Source: Vulcanimicrobiota bacterium (GTDB lineage Bacteria > Vulcanimicrobiota > Vulcanimicrobiia > Vulcanimicrobiales > Vulcanimicrobiaceae). From it: 64,000 nt of DNA. Position numbers and translations under genes: made by a program. The notes beneath the pieces were generated by a model. That model ran no database searches. It was given only the letters and a program-made list of their open reading frames with translations, and was not told where the DNA came from. Positions 51,021 to 59,955 of the stretch are shown piece by piece (the first letter of the stretch is position 1; each line of letters opens with the position of its first letter). The stretch covers positions 29,410-93,409 of the forward strand of contig JAFANA010000103.1 of NCBI GenBank assembly GCA_019232905.1, in the 5' to 3' direction.

Positions 51021-52846
51021 ACCGCCTCACTGCTGCGCTGCTCGGCGTATCGTTACTGCTGAGCGCGCCCATCACGTCGCGCGCTTCGGTCACGACGAAC
51101 GAACAGTACGTTCTCGACGCTATGACGTCGTCGCGAGCACTCGAAGACGCCCGGCGCCTCAATCAAGAATCGCATTATGCGAGTACGCCGGGCGACTATC
51201 ACATCGCGCGGTGGATGCAAGACGTGCTAAACGGCGCGGGATTCGACGCGTCACTCGAACCGTTTTCGCACGACGTTCCGTTCGCTCGCGCACTCGCGCT
51301 CGAGCAATACGCCGGCAACAAGCAGTGGCTGAAATTCAAGCTCGATGAGACGCCGATTGCGGCCGATCCCGACGGAACGCGCTCCGATGCCGGACCGCCG
51401 TTCAACGCCTGGAGCGGAAGCGGAGCCGTCGTCGCAAACGTGGTCGACGCCGGCCACGGAATGCCGGACGATTACGCTGCGCTTGCCGCGCGGCACATCG
51501 ACGTGCGCACGCGGATCGTCCTCGTCCGCTACGGCCGCCAGTTCCGCGGATCGCTCGCAAAGCGCGCTCAAGACCGCGGTGCGCAAGGCGTGCTCTTCTT
51601 CTCCGATCCGCACGATCGCGACGGCTCGCTCAGCGGGCCCGCATATCCCGACGGACCGTATCGTCCGCCGGGCGCCGTGCAACGCGGCTCGCTCGGCCAA
51701 GGGCAGATCGCGATCCCGACGCTTCCGGTCACCGTCACGAACGCGGAACGCATCATCGGAGACATGCGCGACGGCATCACGCATTCGCCTTTTCGGCTTT
51801 CCGTGACGATGCTCGTCAAACACAATGCAACCCTGTGGAACACGGTCGGCGTCTTGCCGGGAAAAGATCCGACGCACGAAGTCGTACTCGGCGCGCACCG
51901 CGACGCGTGGGTCTACGGCGTCATCGATAACGGCTCGGGTACGTCGATTCTTCTCGACGTCGCCCGTGCGCTCGGCGCACTCTATAAGACGGGCTGGCGT
52001 CCGCAATATTCGATCGTTATCGCCGGTTTCGACGGCGAAGAGATCGGTGAAGCCGGATCGCAGGCGTACGTGCGCATGCATTGGAGCGCTCTCGAAAGCG
52101 GCTGCCTCGCCTACATCAATGAAGACGAAGCGACGACCGGCGACTTCTTCGGCGCAACGGCGGCTGCGGCGCTCGAAGATCTCGTCATTCCGGTCACCCG
52201 CAACGTTCCCGCGCCGTCGACAACGGAAAACATTCCGCTCTACGTTCGTTGGGAGCAACAGCACGGCGGCGCAACCGTTCGCGGACCTGGAGGCGGCTCC
52301 GATTTCGAATCGTTTCTCTACGACGCCGGAATCCCGATCATGGACTACGGCTTCAGCGGCGTATTCGGGGTCTATCATTCGGGCTTCGACGACCTGCGGT
52401 ATGCGATCACCGAGGCAGACCCGAACTTCATTCATCATCGAACCGTCGCGCAAATCGTTGCGTTGACGGCGATGCGTCTTGCCGACGGCACCGCCGGATA
52501 CGCGTTTACGCCATATGTCGCGCGCATGCGCACGGCGCTTGCAGAAATCGCCGGCCCTCAAGACCATGCGGCCGACTTGACGCCCGTTCGTACAGCAATC
52601 GACCGCTTTGCTGTGAGTGCGTCGGCAATCGACCGGCACGGCGGCGACGGCAACGCCGAAATCGCCGCCGCGCATCGTTTAAACCGGTTGTTCTACGGAC
52701 GCAACGGTTACCAGGCGATCGCATTTCCGGATCTCAGCGACGCGATTGCATCCGGCAACGGCGCGTCGATCTCCGCAGCCGCCGGGCGGACGGCACACAC
52801 GCTCGATGAGATCGCAGGCGCATTATCGAACGCGACTCGACGATGA
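51017..52846 (+). CDS. M28-family peptidase with PA and transferrin-receptor-like dimerisation domains (glutamate carboxypeptidase II-like)
   Basis: Signal peptide, then Y.H.A.TPGD...A.W, a PA-domain stretch, the Zn-ligand region GAHRDAWVYGVIDNGSGTS and FDGEEIGEAGS. TTG start overlaps the upstream stop. Confidence 0.83.
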   Translation: MNRLTAALLGVSLLLSAPITSRASVTTNEQYVLDAMTSSRALEDARRLNQESHYASTPGDYHIARWMQDVLNGAGFDASLEPFSHDVPFARALALEQYAGNKQWLKFKLDETPIAADPDGTRSDAGPPFNAWSGSGAVVANVVDAGHGMPDDYAALAARHIDVRTRIVLVRYGRQFRGSLAKRAQDRGAQGVLFFSDPHDRDGSLSGPAYPDGPYRPPGAVQRGSLGQGQIAIPTLPVTVTNAERIIGDMRDGITHSPFRLSVTMLVKHNATLWNTVGVLPGKDPTHEVVLGAHRDAWVYGVIDNGSGTSILLDVARALGALYKTGWRPQYSIVIAGFDGEEIGEAGSQAYVRMHWSALESGCLAYINEDEATTGDFFGATAAAALEDLVIPVTRNVPAPSTTENIPLYVRWEQQHGGATVRGPGGGSDFESFLYDAGIPIMDYGFSGVFGVYHSGFDDLRYAITEADPNFIHHRTVAQIVALTAMRLADGTAGYAFTPYVARMRTALAEIAGPQDHAADLTPVRTAIDRFAVSASAIDRHGGDGNAEIAAAHRLNRLFYGRNGYQAIAFPDLSDAIASGNGASISAAAGRTAHTLDEIAGALSNATRR

Positions 52847-54183
52847 AGACCTACGAGGCACGCCGTGAACAGGCGCTTGCCGCCTTTCACGGCGGCGTCG
52901 CAATCATTCCATCGGCTACGACGATCCCGCGCAATAACGACACGGAGTACGAATTCCGGCAGAACTCGGACTTCTATTATCTGACGGGATTCGACGAACC
53001 GGACGCGGTCCTCGTACTCGCCCCCGAACACGACGAACACCGCACGATTCTCTTTTTGCGCGAACGTGACCGCGCGACGGAGATTTGGAACGGGCGCCGT
53101 CTCGGCGTCGATGCGGCCGTCGAAACGATCGGCGTCGACATCGCCTATCCGATCGGGTCGCTTGCGCAAGAGCTGCCGCGCTATCTGTGCAACGTTGAGA
53201 CGCTGTACTATACACTCGGCAACAGCGAGAACGACGCGTGCGTGCGGGCTGCCTTGGGAGACGCGCGCGCAATGACGCGCAGAGCCGGCTTCGCACCGGA
53301 CACGATTGCCGATCCATCTCCCGCGCTTCACGCGCTGCGACAGATCAAAAGTGCCCACGAGATCGCACAGATGCGGCGAAGTGCGGAGATCACGGCGCAA
53401 GGACACATCGCGGCGATGCGCGCGACGCGCCCCGGGCTGCACGAGTACGAGATCGAAGCGGTGCTCGAGTACGAATTCCACCGCGCGGGCGCGCAGCGCA
53501 CGGCGTATGAATCGATCGTTGCCGGCGGCGATAACGCGACGATTCTTCACTACCGAGAGAACCGCGATCGCCTCGCCGAAGGAACGTTGTTACTCGTCGA
53601 CGCCGCGTGCGAGTACAACTACTACGCGGCCGACGTCACGCGCACGTGGCCCGTAAACGGGCGCTTTAGTGCGGAGCAACGCGCGATCTATGACGTCGTG
53701 CTCGCCGCGCAGCAAGCGGCTATCGAAACGTTGCGGCCCGGTCAACCACAGAAGGCTTTCCACTACGCTGCGGTGCGCGTCATCACCGAGGGCCTCATCG
53801 AACTCGGACTCTTGCGCGGGAGCGTCGACGAAGCGATCGAACGCGAAACGTACCGCGAATACTACATGCACGGAACCGGCCACTGGCTGGGCATGGACGT
53901 TCACGACGTGGGACGCTACCGGGACCTCTCCGACACACCAGTCACGCTCGAACCCGGTATGGTGACGACGGTGGAACCGGGTGTTTACGTACAACGCGAT
54001 GCCGCCTGCGACGAACGCTTTCGCGGAATCGGCGTGCGCATTGAAGACGACCTGCTGATAACGGAATCGGGATCTGAGAACCTCACTGCTATGATTCCGA
54101 AGTCGATCGACGAGTTAGAGGCAATCATCGGGACATGCGAGTTGGAATTCTCGGGGCAACGGGTTTCGTCGGGCGCCATCTGA
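52843..54183 (+). CDS. pepP: Xaa-Pro aminopeptidase (M24B)
   Basis: FRQNSDFYYLTGFDEPDAVLVL, YESIVAGGDNATILHY, HGTGHWLGMDVHD, VEPGVY and GVRIEDD are the full PepP motif set. Confidence 0.92.
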   Translation: MKTYEARREQALAAFHGGVAIIPSATTIPRNNDTEYEFRQNSDFYYLTGFDEPDAVLVLAPEHDEHRTILFLRERDRATEIWNGRRLGVDAAVETIGVDIAYPIGSLAQELPRYLCNVETLYYTLGNSENDACVRAALGDARAMTRRAGFAPDTIADPSPALHALRQIKSAHEIAQMRRSAEITAQGHIAAMRATRPGLHEYEIEAVLEYEFHRAGAQRTAYESIVAGGDNATILHYRENRDRLAEGTLLLVDAACEYNYYAADVTRTWPVNGRFSAEQRAIYDVVLAAQQAAIETLRPGQPQKAFHYAAVRVITEGLIELGLLRGSVDEAIERETYREYYMHGTGHWLGMDVHDVGRYRDLSDTPVTLEPGMVTTVEPGVYVQRDAACDERFRGIGVRIEDDLLITESGSENLTAMIPKSIDELEAIIGTCELEFSGQRVSSGAI

Positions 54184-54974
54184 TCCGGCGTTTGAACGCA
54201 CGCGGTGACGACGTGGTCACGGCTTCTCTGCGCGAGCCTGAAGATGCCGCGCGGAACCTTGCATCGTGCGACGCCGTCGTCAATCTCGCGGGCGAGACCA
54301 TTTCCCAGCGATGGAGCGCAGCGGTCAAACACAACATTCTTTACAGCCGTACGCAGCTGCCGCAGCGCTTCCTGGAAGCAATCGGGACGTTCCCAGCGCA
54401 CCCTGCCGTGTATATTTCGGCGTCTGCAATCGGCTATTACGGAACGAGTGATACCGCGACGTTTACCGAGGACAGCCCGCCCGGCGACGATTTCCTCGCG
54501 CGCGTCTGCATTGCGTGGGAACGCGAAGCGGTGAACGCACAGATGCTCGGTATGCGCGTAGCGATCGTCCGCACCGGCGTCGCGCTCGGCGACGGCGGGG
54601 CGCTCGGCCAAATGCTCGCGCCCTTTAAACTCGGCGCGGGCGGCGTCATCGGCGATGGCCGGCAGTGGGTTTCGTGGGTGCACGTCGAGGATGTCGCGGG
54701 AATTTATCTGCAAGCCATTGACGGCGCGAGCGGCGTGTTCAACGCAACCGCGCCGAACCCCGTCACAAACGCGCAGTTTACGCAAGCACTCGGACGCGCC
54801 GTGCACCGTCCGACGATTCTTCCCACACCGACGTTTGCGTTGCGCATGTTGCTCGGCGAAGGCGCCGATCTGCTGTTGACGGGCCAACGCGTCCTTCCGC
54901 AACGAACGCAGGCTGAAGGCTATGCGTTCCGCTTCACGGAGATCGACGACGCGCTCGCGAATGCGGTCGCATGA
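54135..54974 (+). CDS. TIGR01777/YfcH-type NAD-dependent epimerase-like protein (SDR + DUF1731)
   Basis: MRVGILGATGFVGRHL ... W....K..I..SR ... the C-terminal QRVLPQRTQAEGYAFRF matches the DUF1731 tail. Overlaps the pepP 3' end by 49 nt. Confidence 0.83.
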   Translation: MRVGILGATGFVGRHLIRRLNARGDDVVTASLREPEDAARNLASCDAVVNLAGETISQRWSAAVKHNILYSRTQLPQRFLEAIGTFPAHPAVYISASAIGYYGTSDTATFTEDSPPGDDFLARVCIAWEREAVNAQMLGMRVAIVRTGVALGDGGALGQMLAPFKLGAGGVIGDGRQWVSWVHVEDVAGIYLQAIDGASGVFNATAPNPVTNAQFTQALGRAVHRPTILPTPTFALRMLLGEGADLLLTGQRVLPQRTQAEGYAFRFTEIDDALANAVA

Positions 54975-55303
54975 TCGCCTTCGACGATTTTCTCAAGGTC
55001 GACGTTCGCGCCGGCACGATTCTCGACGCGCAACCACTGGAAGGCGCACGAAAACCGGCATACAAACTGCGCATTGACTTCGGTCCGGAAATCGGCGAAA
55101 AGATGTCGTCCGCGCGAATTACCGTTCGTCACCGCGCCGAAGACCTTCCCGGATCGCAGGTCTGCGCCGTCGTGAACTTTCCGCCGAAACGTATCGCCGG
55201 CTTTACGAGCGAGGTGCTCGTCCTCGGCATGGACGACGAGCACGGGAACGTCGTCCTCATCCGGCCGCAGTTCAACGTCCCCAACGGATCGCGCCTGTAC
55301 TAG
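54971..55303 (+). CDS. csaA: tRNA-binding domain protein, CsaA type
   Basis: 110 aa. FLKVDVRAGTILDAQPLEGARKPAYKLRIDFG...QVCAVVNFPPKRIAGFTSEVLVLG. ATGA overlap with the upstream gene. Confidence 0.85.
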   Translation: MIAFDDFLKVDVRAGTILDAQPLEGARKPAYKLRIDFGPEIGEKMSSARITVRHRAEDLPGSQVCAVVNFPPKRIAGFTSEVLVLGMDDEHGNVVLIRPQFNVPNGSRLY

Positions 55304-55311
55304 GAGACGTC

Positions 55312-56265
55312 TTAAGGCGCGAACGCCTCTTCTACCGCGAAATCGAGCGCTTCGAGATACTTCTCGACGTCCATTGCGGCTTTACAGCCTGCGCCTGCTG
55401 CGGTAATCGCCTGTTTGTAGCGGAGATCGTTGACGTCTCCGGCGACGAAGACACCGTCGATGTTCGTGCTTACGCCGTCGGGTGAGACGATGTAGCCGTT
55501 TTCATCGAGATCGAGCTGTCCATCGAATATCGCGGTGTTCGGCGTGTGACCGATCGCAATGAAGAGGGCATCGGCATCGAGCGCACGGGTCGAACCGTCG
55601 ACGACGTTGCGCAGCACCAGGCCATGCATCACGGTATCGCCCAACACTTCTTCGACGACCGTGTTCCAAATGAAGTCGATCTTCTCGTGCGCTTCCGCGC
55701 GCGCCGCCATGATCTTGCTTGCGCGAAGATGGTCGCGGCGGTGAATGACCGTGACCTTGGTGCCGAAGCGCGTCAAGAACAGCGCCTCTTCCATCGCCGA
55801 GTCGCCGCCGCCGACGACGACGATATGTTTCTCGCGGAAGAATGCGCCATCGCACGTCGCGCACGTCGAAACGCCGCGGCCGCGGAACTTTTCTTCTCCG
55901 GGAATGTCGAGCCAGCGCGCGCTTGCGCCCGTCGCAACGATCACGGTCTTCGCGCGGTATTCGGTATCATCGGTGCGCACGACAAACGGTTTCTTTGTGA
56001 AGTCGACCGAGGTCGCATCGACGTTCTCAATGCGCGCGCCGAAGCGCTCGGCTTGTTCGCGGAATTTCATCATCATGTCGGGACCCATGATGCCGTCGGG
56101 GAAGCCCGGATAGTTCTCGACTTCCGTCGTCAACATCAGTTGACCGCCGTAGAGACCGCCTGCAAGGACCAAAGGGTTTAAATTCGCGCGCGCGGCGTAA
56201 ACTGCGGCGGTAAGTCCGGCAGGTCCCGAACCAATGATGATGACTGTTTCCATGACTGCCTTCAA
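55312..56265 (-). CDS. trxB: thioredoxin-disulfide reductase
   Basis: VIIIGSGPAGLTAAVYAARA, redox-active CATCDG, and GGGDSAMEEA. ATGA overlap with the upstream regulator gene. Confidence 0.95.
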   Translation of the reverse strand: MKAVMETVIIIGSGPAGLTAAVYAARANLNPLVLAGGLYGGQLMLTTEVENYPGFPDGIMGPDMMMKFREQAERFGARIENVDATSVDFTKKPFVVRTDDTEYRAKTVIVATGASARWLDIPGEEKFRGRGVSTCATCDGAFFREKHIVVVGGGDSAMEEALFLTRFGTKVTVIHRRDHLRASKIMAARAEAHEKIDFIWNTVVEEVLGDTVMHGLVLRNVVDGSTRALDADALFIAIGHTPNTAIFDGQLDLDENGYIVSPDGVSTNIDGVFVAGDVNDLRYKQAITAAGAGCKAAMDVEKYLEALDFAVEEAFAP

Positions 56266-57602
56266 TTCGACCGTCCGGGAGCGGGTTCCGGTTGCAAGGC
56301 GCGGACATGGGGGTCCTGCGAGAAAAGACGGCGGTCGAGGCGGGTGGAGAATTGCGCGTGCGCCAGCGAGACGCGTGCATCTCGTTCGTCGTCAGCCGTC
56401 GCATACGCGAGGACCATGTCTCGGGAGGCATACGGGTCGCGCGTTGCGCGGCTTGCGATTTGCCGCAACATCGCAATTGCGATATCACGATGCCCCATCG
56501 CGGCAATGACGCTGGCACGTAGTACGCGCGCATCGGTTACCGCGCCGAGGCGTGCGACGTCGTCGAACTGCCGCAGTGCATCCGCATATCTGCCGCGTGC
56601 TTCGTCGACGAGACCGAGAACCACCCGGGTCTCGACACGCGACGGCTGCAACTCCAAAGCCTGGCGCGCGTATTGTTCCGCTTGAACGTACCGGCGCTCG
56701 TAATAATTTGCGCGAGCGAGCCACGCGTACGTCGCGGTCGCGACGGGCTGCTCGGCAGCCGCGATTTCCAGTTCACGTCGAGCCTCGTCAAGCGCGCCGC
56801 GCGCAACGAGCAAGTTGCCGTACCATTCATGCGCGAGCGCATCATCGGGGTCGATCGATAACGCAAACCGAAACTCTCGTTCTGCGGTGGTGTCGTCATC
56901 GTGAAAGATGCGCGCGACCATGCCGGCAGAAACATGCGCTCGAGCCGATGCCGGTTCGACGGATACCGCGATGCGCGCATTGCGCACGGCCGCTTCCCGC
57001 CACGCATTGCATTGCGCGCAGGGGCGTTCGAAATCGTAAAGCATCGTGTACGCATCGGCAAGGCCCGCGTAGCCGGCGGCCCGCTCGGGTGCGTCGGCGA
57101 CGACTCGTTCGAAATAGCTGATGCTGCGCTTCATCCCATCGACGGAGCGAAGATTCAAGTAGTAGCTGCCGAGGCCGTACGCTACTTGGGAGACAGCCTG
57201 ATTCGTGCGTGGAAGAGGCGCGGTTGCGACGATGACACCGAGAAACAGCAGACACGCAAGTGCGTTGCGCAGCCCGGCACCGGCTCGCGAACGAGGCTGA
57301 TGTAGCGGCGGAAGCCTCAGCGCGTAGCCGCGACGGGGATAGGTTTCGATGGCGCCCTCTATGCCGCGCGACGCGAAGAGGCGCCGCAGCAAGTACATAT
57401 GCTGCGTGAGATTGCCTTCTTCGACGAAACCGTCGGGCCAAACGGCATCCATAAGATCGGCTTTGCTCACAACCGTACCGGCGCGTTCGAAAAGAACGAC
57501 AAGCGTGCGCACCGTCTTTGGCGGGAGATCGACCCGTGCGCCTCGATACCGAAGCGTCAGGCAACCCGCGTCGAGCTCGAAATCCGCAAACCGATGAATC
57601 AT
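56262..57602 (-). CDS. membrane-anchored OmpR/CadC-type winged-helix regulator with C-terminal TPR repeats
   Basis: The N-terminus FADFELDAGCLTLRYRGARVDLPPKTVRTLVVLFERAGTVVSKADLMDAVWPD...YPRRGYAL is a trans_reg_C domain. One TM (ALACLLFLGVIVATAP) follows, then repeated TPR-like A..Y..A....P. Confidence 0.8.
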   Translation of the reverse strand: MIHRFADFELDAGCLTLRYRGARVDLPPKTVRTLVVLFERAGTVVSKADLMDAVWPDGFVEEGNLTQHMYLLRRLFASRGIEGAIETYPRRGYALRLPPLHQPRSRAGAGLRNALACLLFLGVIVATAPLPRTNQAVSQVAYGLGSYYLNLRSVDGMKRSISYFERVVADAPERAAGYAGLADAYTMLYDFERPCAQCNAWREAAVRNARIAVSVEPASARAHVSAGMVARIFHDDDTTAEREFRFALSIDPDDALAHEWYGNLLVARGALDEARRELEIAAAEQPVATATYAWLARANYYERRYVQAEQYARQALELQPSRVETRVVLGLVDEARGRYADALRQFDDVARLGAVTDARVLRASVIAAMGHRDIAIAMLRQIASRATRDPYASRDMVLAYATADDERDARVSLAHAQFSTRLDRRLFSQDPHVRALQPEPAPGRSN

Positions 57603-57682
57603 TGAACCGCTCCCGCGGAAGCGTCGAGGGGATTGAGCCTTCGTTGAGGATTTACGAAGCCCGCTTCGTGCACGCTAATCCC

Positions 57683-59065
57683 ATGATTCCAGCAGCTACC
57701 GCCGGCATTTGGATAGCCGAGCGGGTTCCGGCACCGAAGGCTACCTGGATCCCCCGCACGCCGCTCGACGAACCGGCGCACTACTATCTCGTCGTCTCGA
57801 GGGACGACGGAGGAGCGCTGAGGGCGTTCATTCGCAATCCGGAATTCAACGCGGGATCGTCGTTCGGGACGCGAGAGACGCTGCCCGCACCCGATCGCGA
57901 TGGATCGATCACCCTTGGCGGAATCGAGCCCGACCCGCGACCGTTGACGTTCCATCGCGCGACGGACGCGGATCTTCGATGGTTCTACCCGCGAGCGGCG
58001 GCAGCTTGGACGTATCATGCGCCCTCACCACTGAATGATGGTTGGAAGAGCGGCACGCTCGCCTCAGTGGGGATGACCGAGCAGCCGATTCACGAGTTTA
58101 TCGATCCGATCGTTGCGTTACGAAACCCGTCGCTGCGTTCGCCGTACGTTCATAGCATCTCCATCGAACGGCATGGCACGCTGGTTCTGGATGAGTACTT
58201 TTACGGATTCACTGCCGAAACACCGCACGACGTTCGTTCGGCAGGAAAGAGCGTCACGACGCTTCTCACCGGGCGCGCAATAGAAGACACCCGACGCTTC
58301 ACTCCCGCTTCACGGGTGGTCGCGTTACTGCCGCAATACGCACCGATCGCGCATAACGATGCGCGAAAGGCAGCCATGACCGTTGCCGACCTTATGACGA
58401 TGTCATCGGGCCTTGCATGCGACGATAACGACGACAAATCGCCCGGCAATGAAGATACGATGCAGAGTCAGTCCGGCAAACCCGATTGGTACCGGTATAC
58501 GCTCGATCTTCCGATGGTCTCGCAACCGGGCACGCGGTCTGTGTACTGCAGCGCGGGCATCAATCTTCTCGGCGCGGTCGTTGCGTCCGAAACGGGCGTT
58601 CCGTTAACGACGTACTTCGCCGAACGATTCGCCGTACCGATGCAATTTGAGACGTATGCGATGTGGTTGATGCCGCAGCCACCGTTGTTTGCCTATATGG
58701 GCGGCGGCGACTATTTTCGTCCGCGTGATTTCCTGAAGTTCGGTGCGCTGCTCCTAAGCGAAGGACGCTGGAACGGCCGGCAGATCGTCGATCCCTCGTG
58801 GATCGCTGCGTCGATCGTTCCGCGAAGTGCGCCGGAAGGCGAAGGTGACCGCTATGGCTACGGGTGGCACCTCAATCGCATACGTGTGGACGGACGTTCC
58901 TACGACGCCATCAACGCGGGCGGAAACGGCGGCCAATTGATGATTGTCGTGCCGCAACTCGATACGGCAATCATGGTCACCGCCGGCAACTATAACCAGT
59001 ATCCCGTCTGGCGAACCTTCCTTCCGCAAGTAGTGACCGCCGTCGTGCGATCGTGCGTTCGTTGA
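57683..59065 (+). CDS. serine hydrolase, beta-lactamase/class-C-related family, with extra N-terminal domain
   Basis: ORF 57518..59065 trimmed to ATG 57683. SxxK nucleophile motif in VRSAGKSVTTLL. The C-terminal GYGWH...GGNGGQ pattern is typical of the family. No obvious signal peptide. Confidence 0.78.
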   Translation: MIPAATAGIWIAERVPAPKATWIPRTPLDEPAHYYLVVSRDDGGALRAFIRNPEFNAGSSFGTRETLPAPDRDGSITLGGIEPDPRPLTFHRATDADLRWFYPRAAAAWTYHAPSPLNDGWKSGTLASVGMTEQPIHEFIDPIVALRNPSLRSPYVHSISIERHGTLVLDEYFYGFTAETPHDVRSAGKSVTTLLTGRAIEDTRRFTPASRVVALLPQYAPIAHNDARKAAMTVADLMTMSSGLACDDNDDKSPGNEDTMQSQSGKPDWYRYTLDLPMVSQPGTRSVYCSAGINLLGAVVASETGVPLTTYFAERFAVPMQFETYAMWLMPQPPLFAYMGGGDYFRPRDFLKFGALLLSEGRWNGRQIVDPSWIAASIVPRSAPEGEGDRYGYGWHLNRIRVDGRSYDAINAGGNGGQLMIVVPQLDTAIMVTAGNYNQYPVWRTFLPQVVTAVVRSCVR

Positions 59066-59105
59066 CGCGGCGGGAAAATTGTCCCTGCATTCGAACCCGA
59101 ACGCG

Positions 59106-59945
59106 ATGGCGCTCTGGCCGCAGATTCCGCTCGAAGATACCTTCGGCGACGTCCTTCGCAAAGCGATGCGCGGCAATCGGATCGATACGCACAGCCTTGC
59201 TCAGCGTACCGGCATCGCATCATCGAACATCGATGCGTGGCTCCGCGATCGCGGAACGGCAACGCCGGATGAAGCGCGCGAATTGGCGCGAGCGCTGAGC
59301 CTCGATCCCGAGAAGCTTGCGGTACGCGCAGAGAACGGCTGGCATCCGCCCGGCATCGAGGTGTCCGACGTGCGGCACCACCCGCAGGATCCGCATCCGA
59401 GTAACGGTTACGTGTTCTTTCTCGACGGCGGTCAACGCGCAGCACTGATCGATCCTGCCGGCATTCCAAGCAATCTCTTGCGGATCTTACGCGACGGAGC
59501 GTACCACCTTCAATACATTTTGATCACGCATAAACACGCCGACCATTGCGATGCAACGGCCGACGTTGCCGGCGCATTTCCGAACGCGCAAATCGTCATG
59601 CACGCGGCGGACGCGGCGGCCATCGGGTCACTCGCGCAACGCGCGCTGAAGGTTCGCGACGGCGAGGAATTACCGTTTGGAGATAACGCCGCAATCCGCA
59701 TGCTGCATACGCCGGGCCACACCGACGGTTCGTCATCGTATCTCTTCAAGTCGACGCTCTTTACGGGCGACACGCTTTTTGCAGGAAGCGTCGGCGGCGC
59801 GTTCGGTGAGGCGACCGGCTATGACGACATTCTCAACAACGTGCGCTCGAAGATATTCACGCTTCCTGACGACACCGTGCTGATGCCCGGACACGGACCA
59901 CCCACGACGATCGAGCTCGAGAAGGCGCACAACCCGTTCTTCTAG
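59106..59945 (+). CDS. fusion protein: N-terminal XRE-like HTH + MBL-fold hydrolase (glyoxalase II-like)
   Basis: HTH-like LRKAMRGNRIDTHSLAQRTGIASSNIDAWLRDRG, then MBL motifs ILITHKHADHCD, HTPGHTDGS and FTGDTLFAGSVGG. Confidence 0.8.
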   Translation: MALWPQIPLEDTFGDVLRKAMRGNRIDTHSLAQRTGIASSNIDAWLRDRGTATPDEARELARALSLDPEKLAVRAENGWHPPGIEVSDVRHHPQDPHPSNGYVFFLDGGQRAALIDPAGIPSNLLRILRDGAYHLQYILITHKHADHCDATADVAGAFPNAQIVMHAADAAAIGSLAQRALKVRDGEELPFGDNAAIRMLHTPGHTDGSSSYLFKSTLFTGDTLFAGSVGGAFGEATGYDDILNNVRSKIFTLPDDTVLMPGHGPPTTIELEKAHNPFF

Positions 59946-59955
59946 CGTCAGTGAG

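Noticed and set aside
51251-52675. 474-aa ORF antisense to the M28 peptidase gene (also 52708..53550, 53985..54902 and 47695..48591 antisense to pepP, yfcH and glcD)
   Set aside because: All are long shadow ORFs opposite genes with strong family signatures. They are Arg/Ala/Gly-rich and have no recognisable domains. Long antisense ORFs are expected in GC-rich DNA because stop codons are rare.
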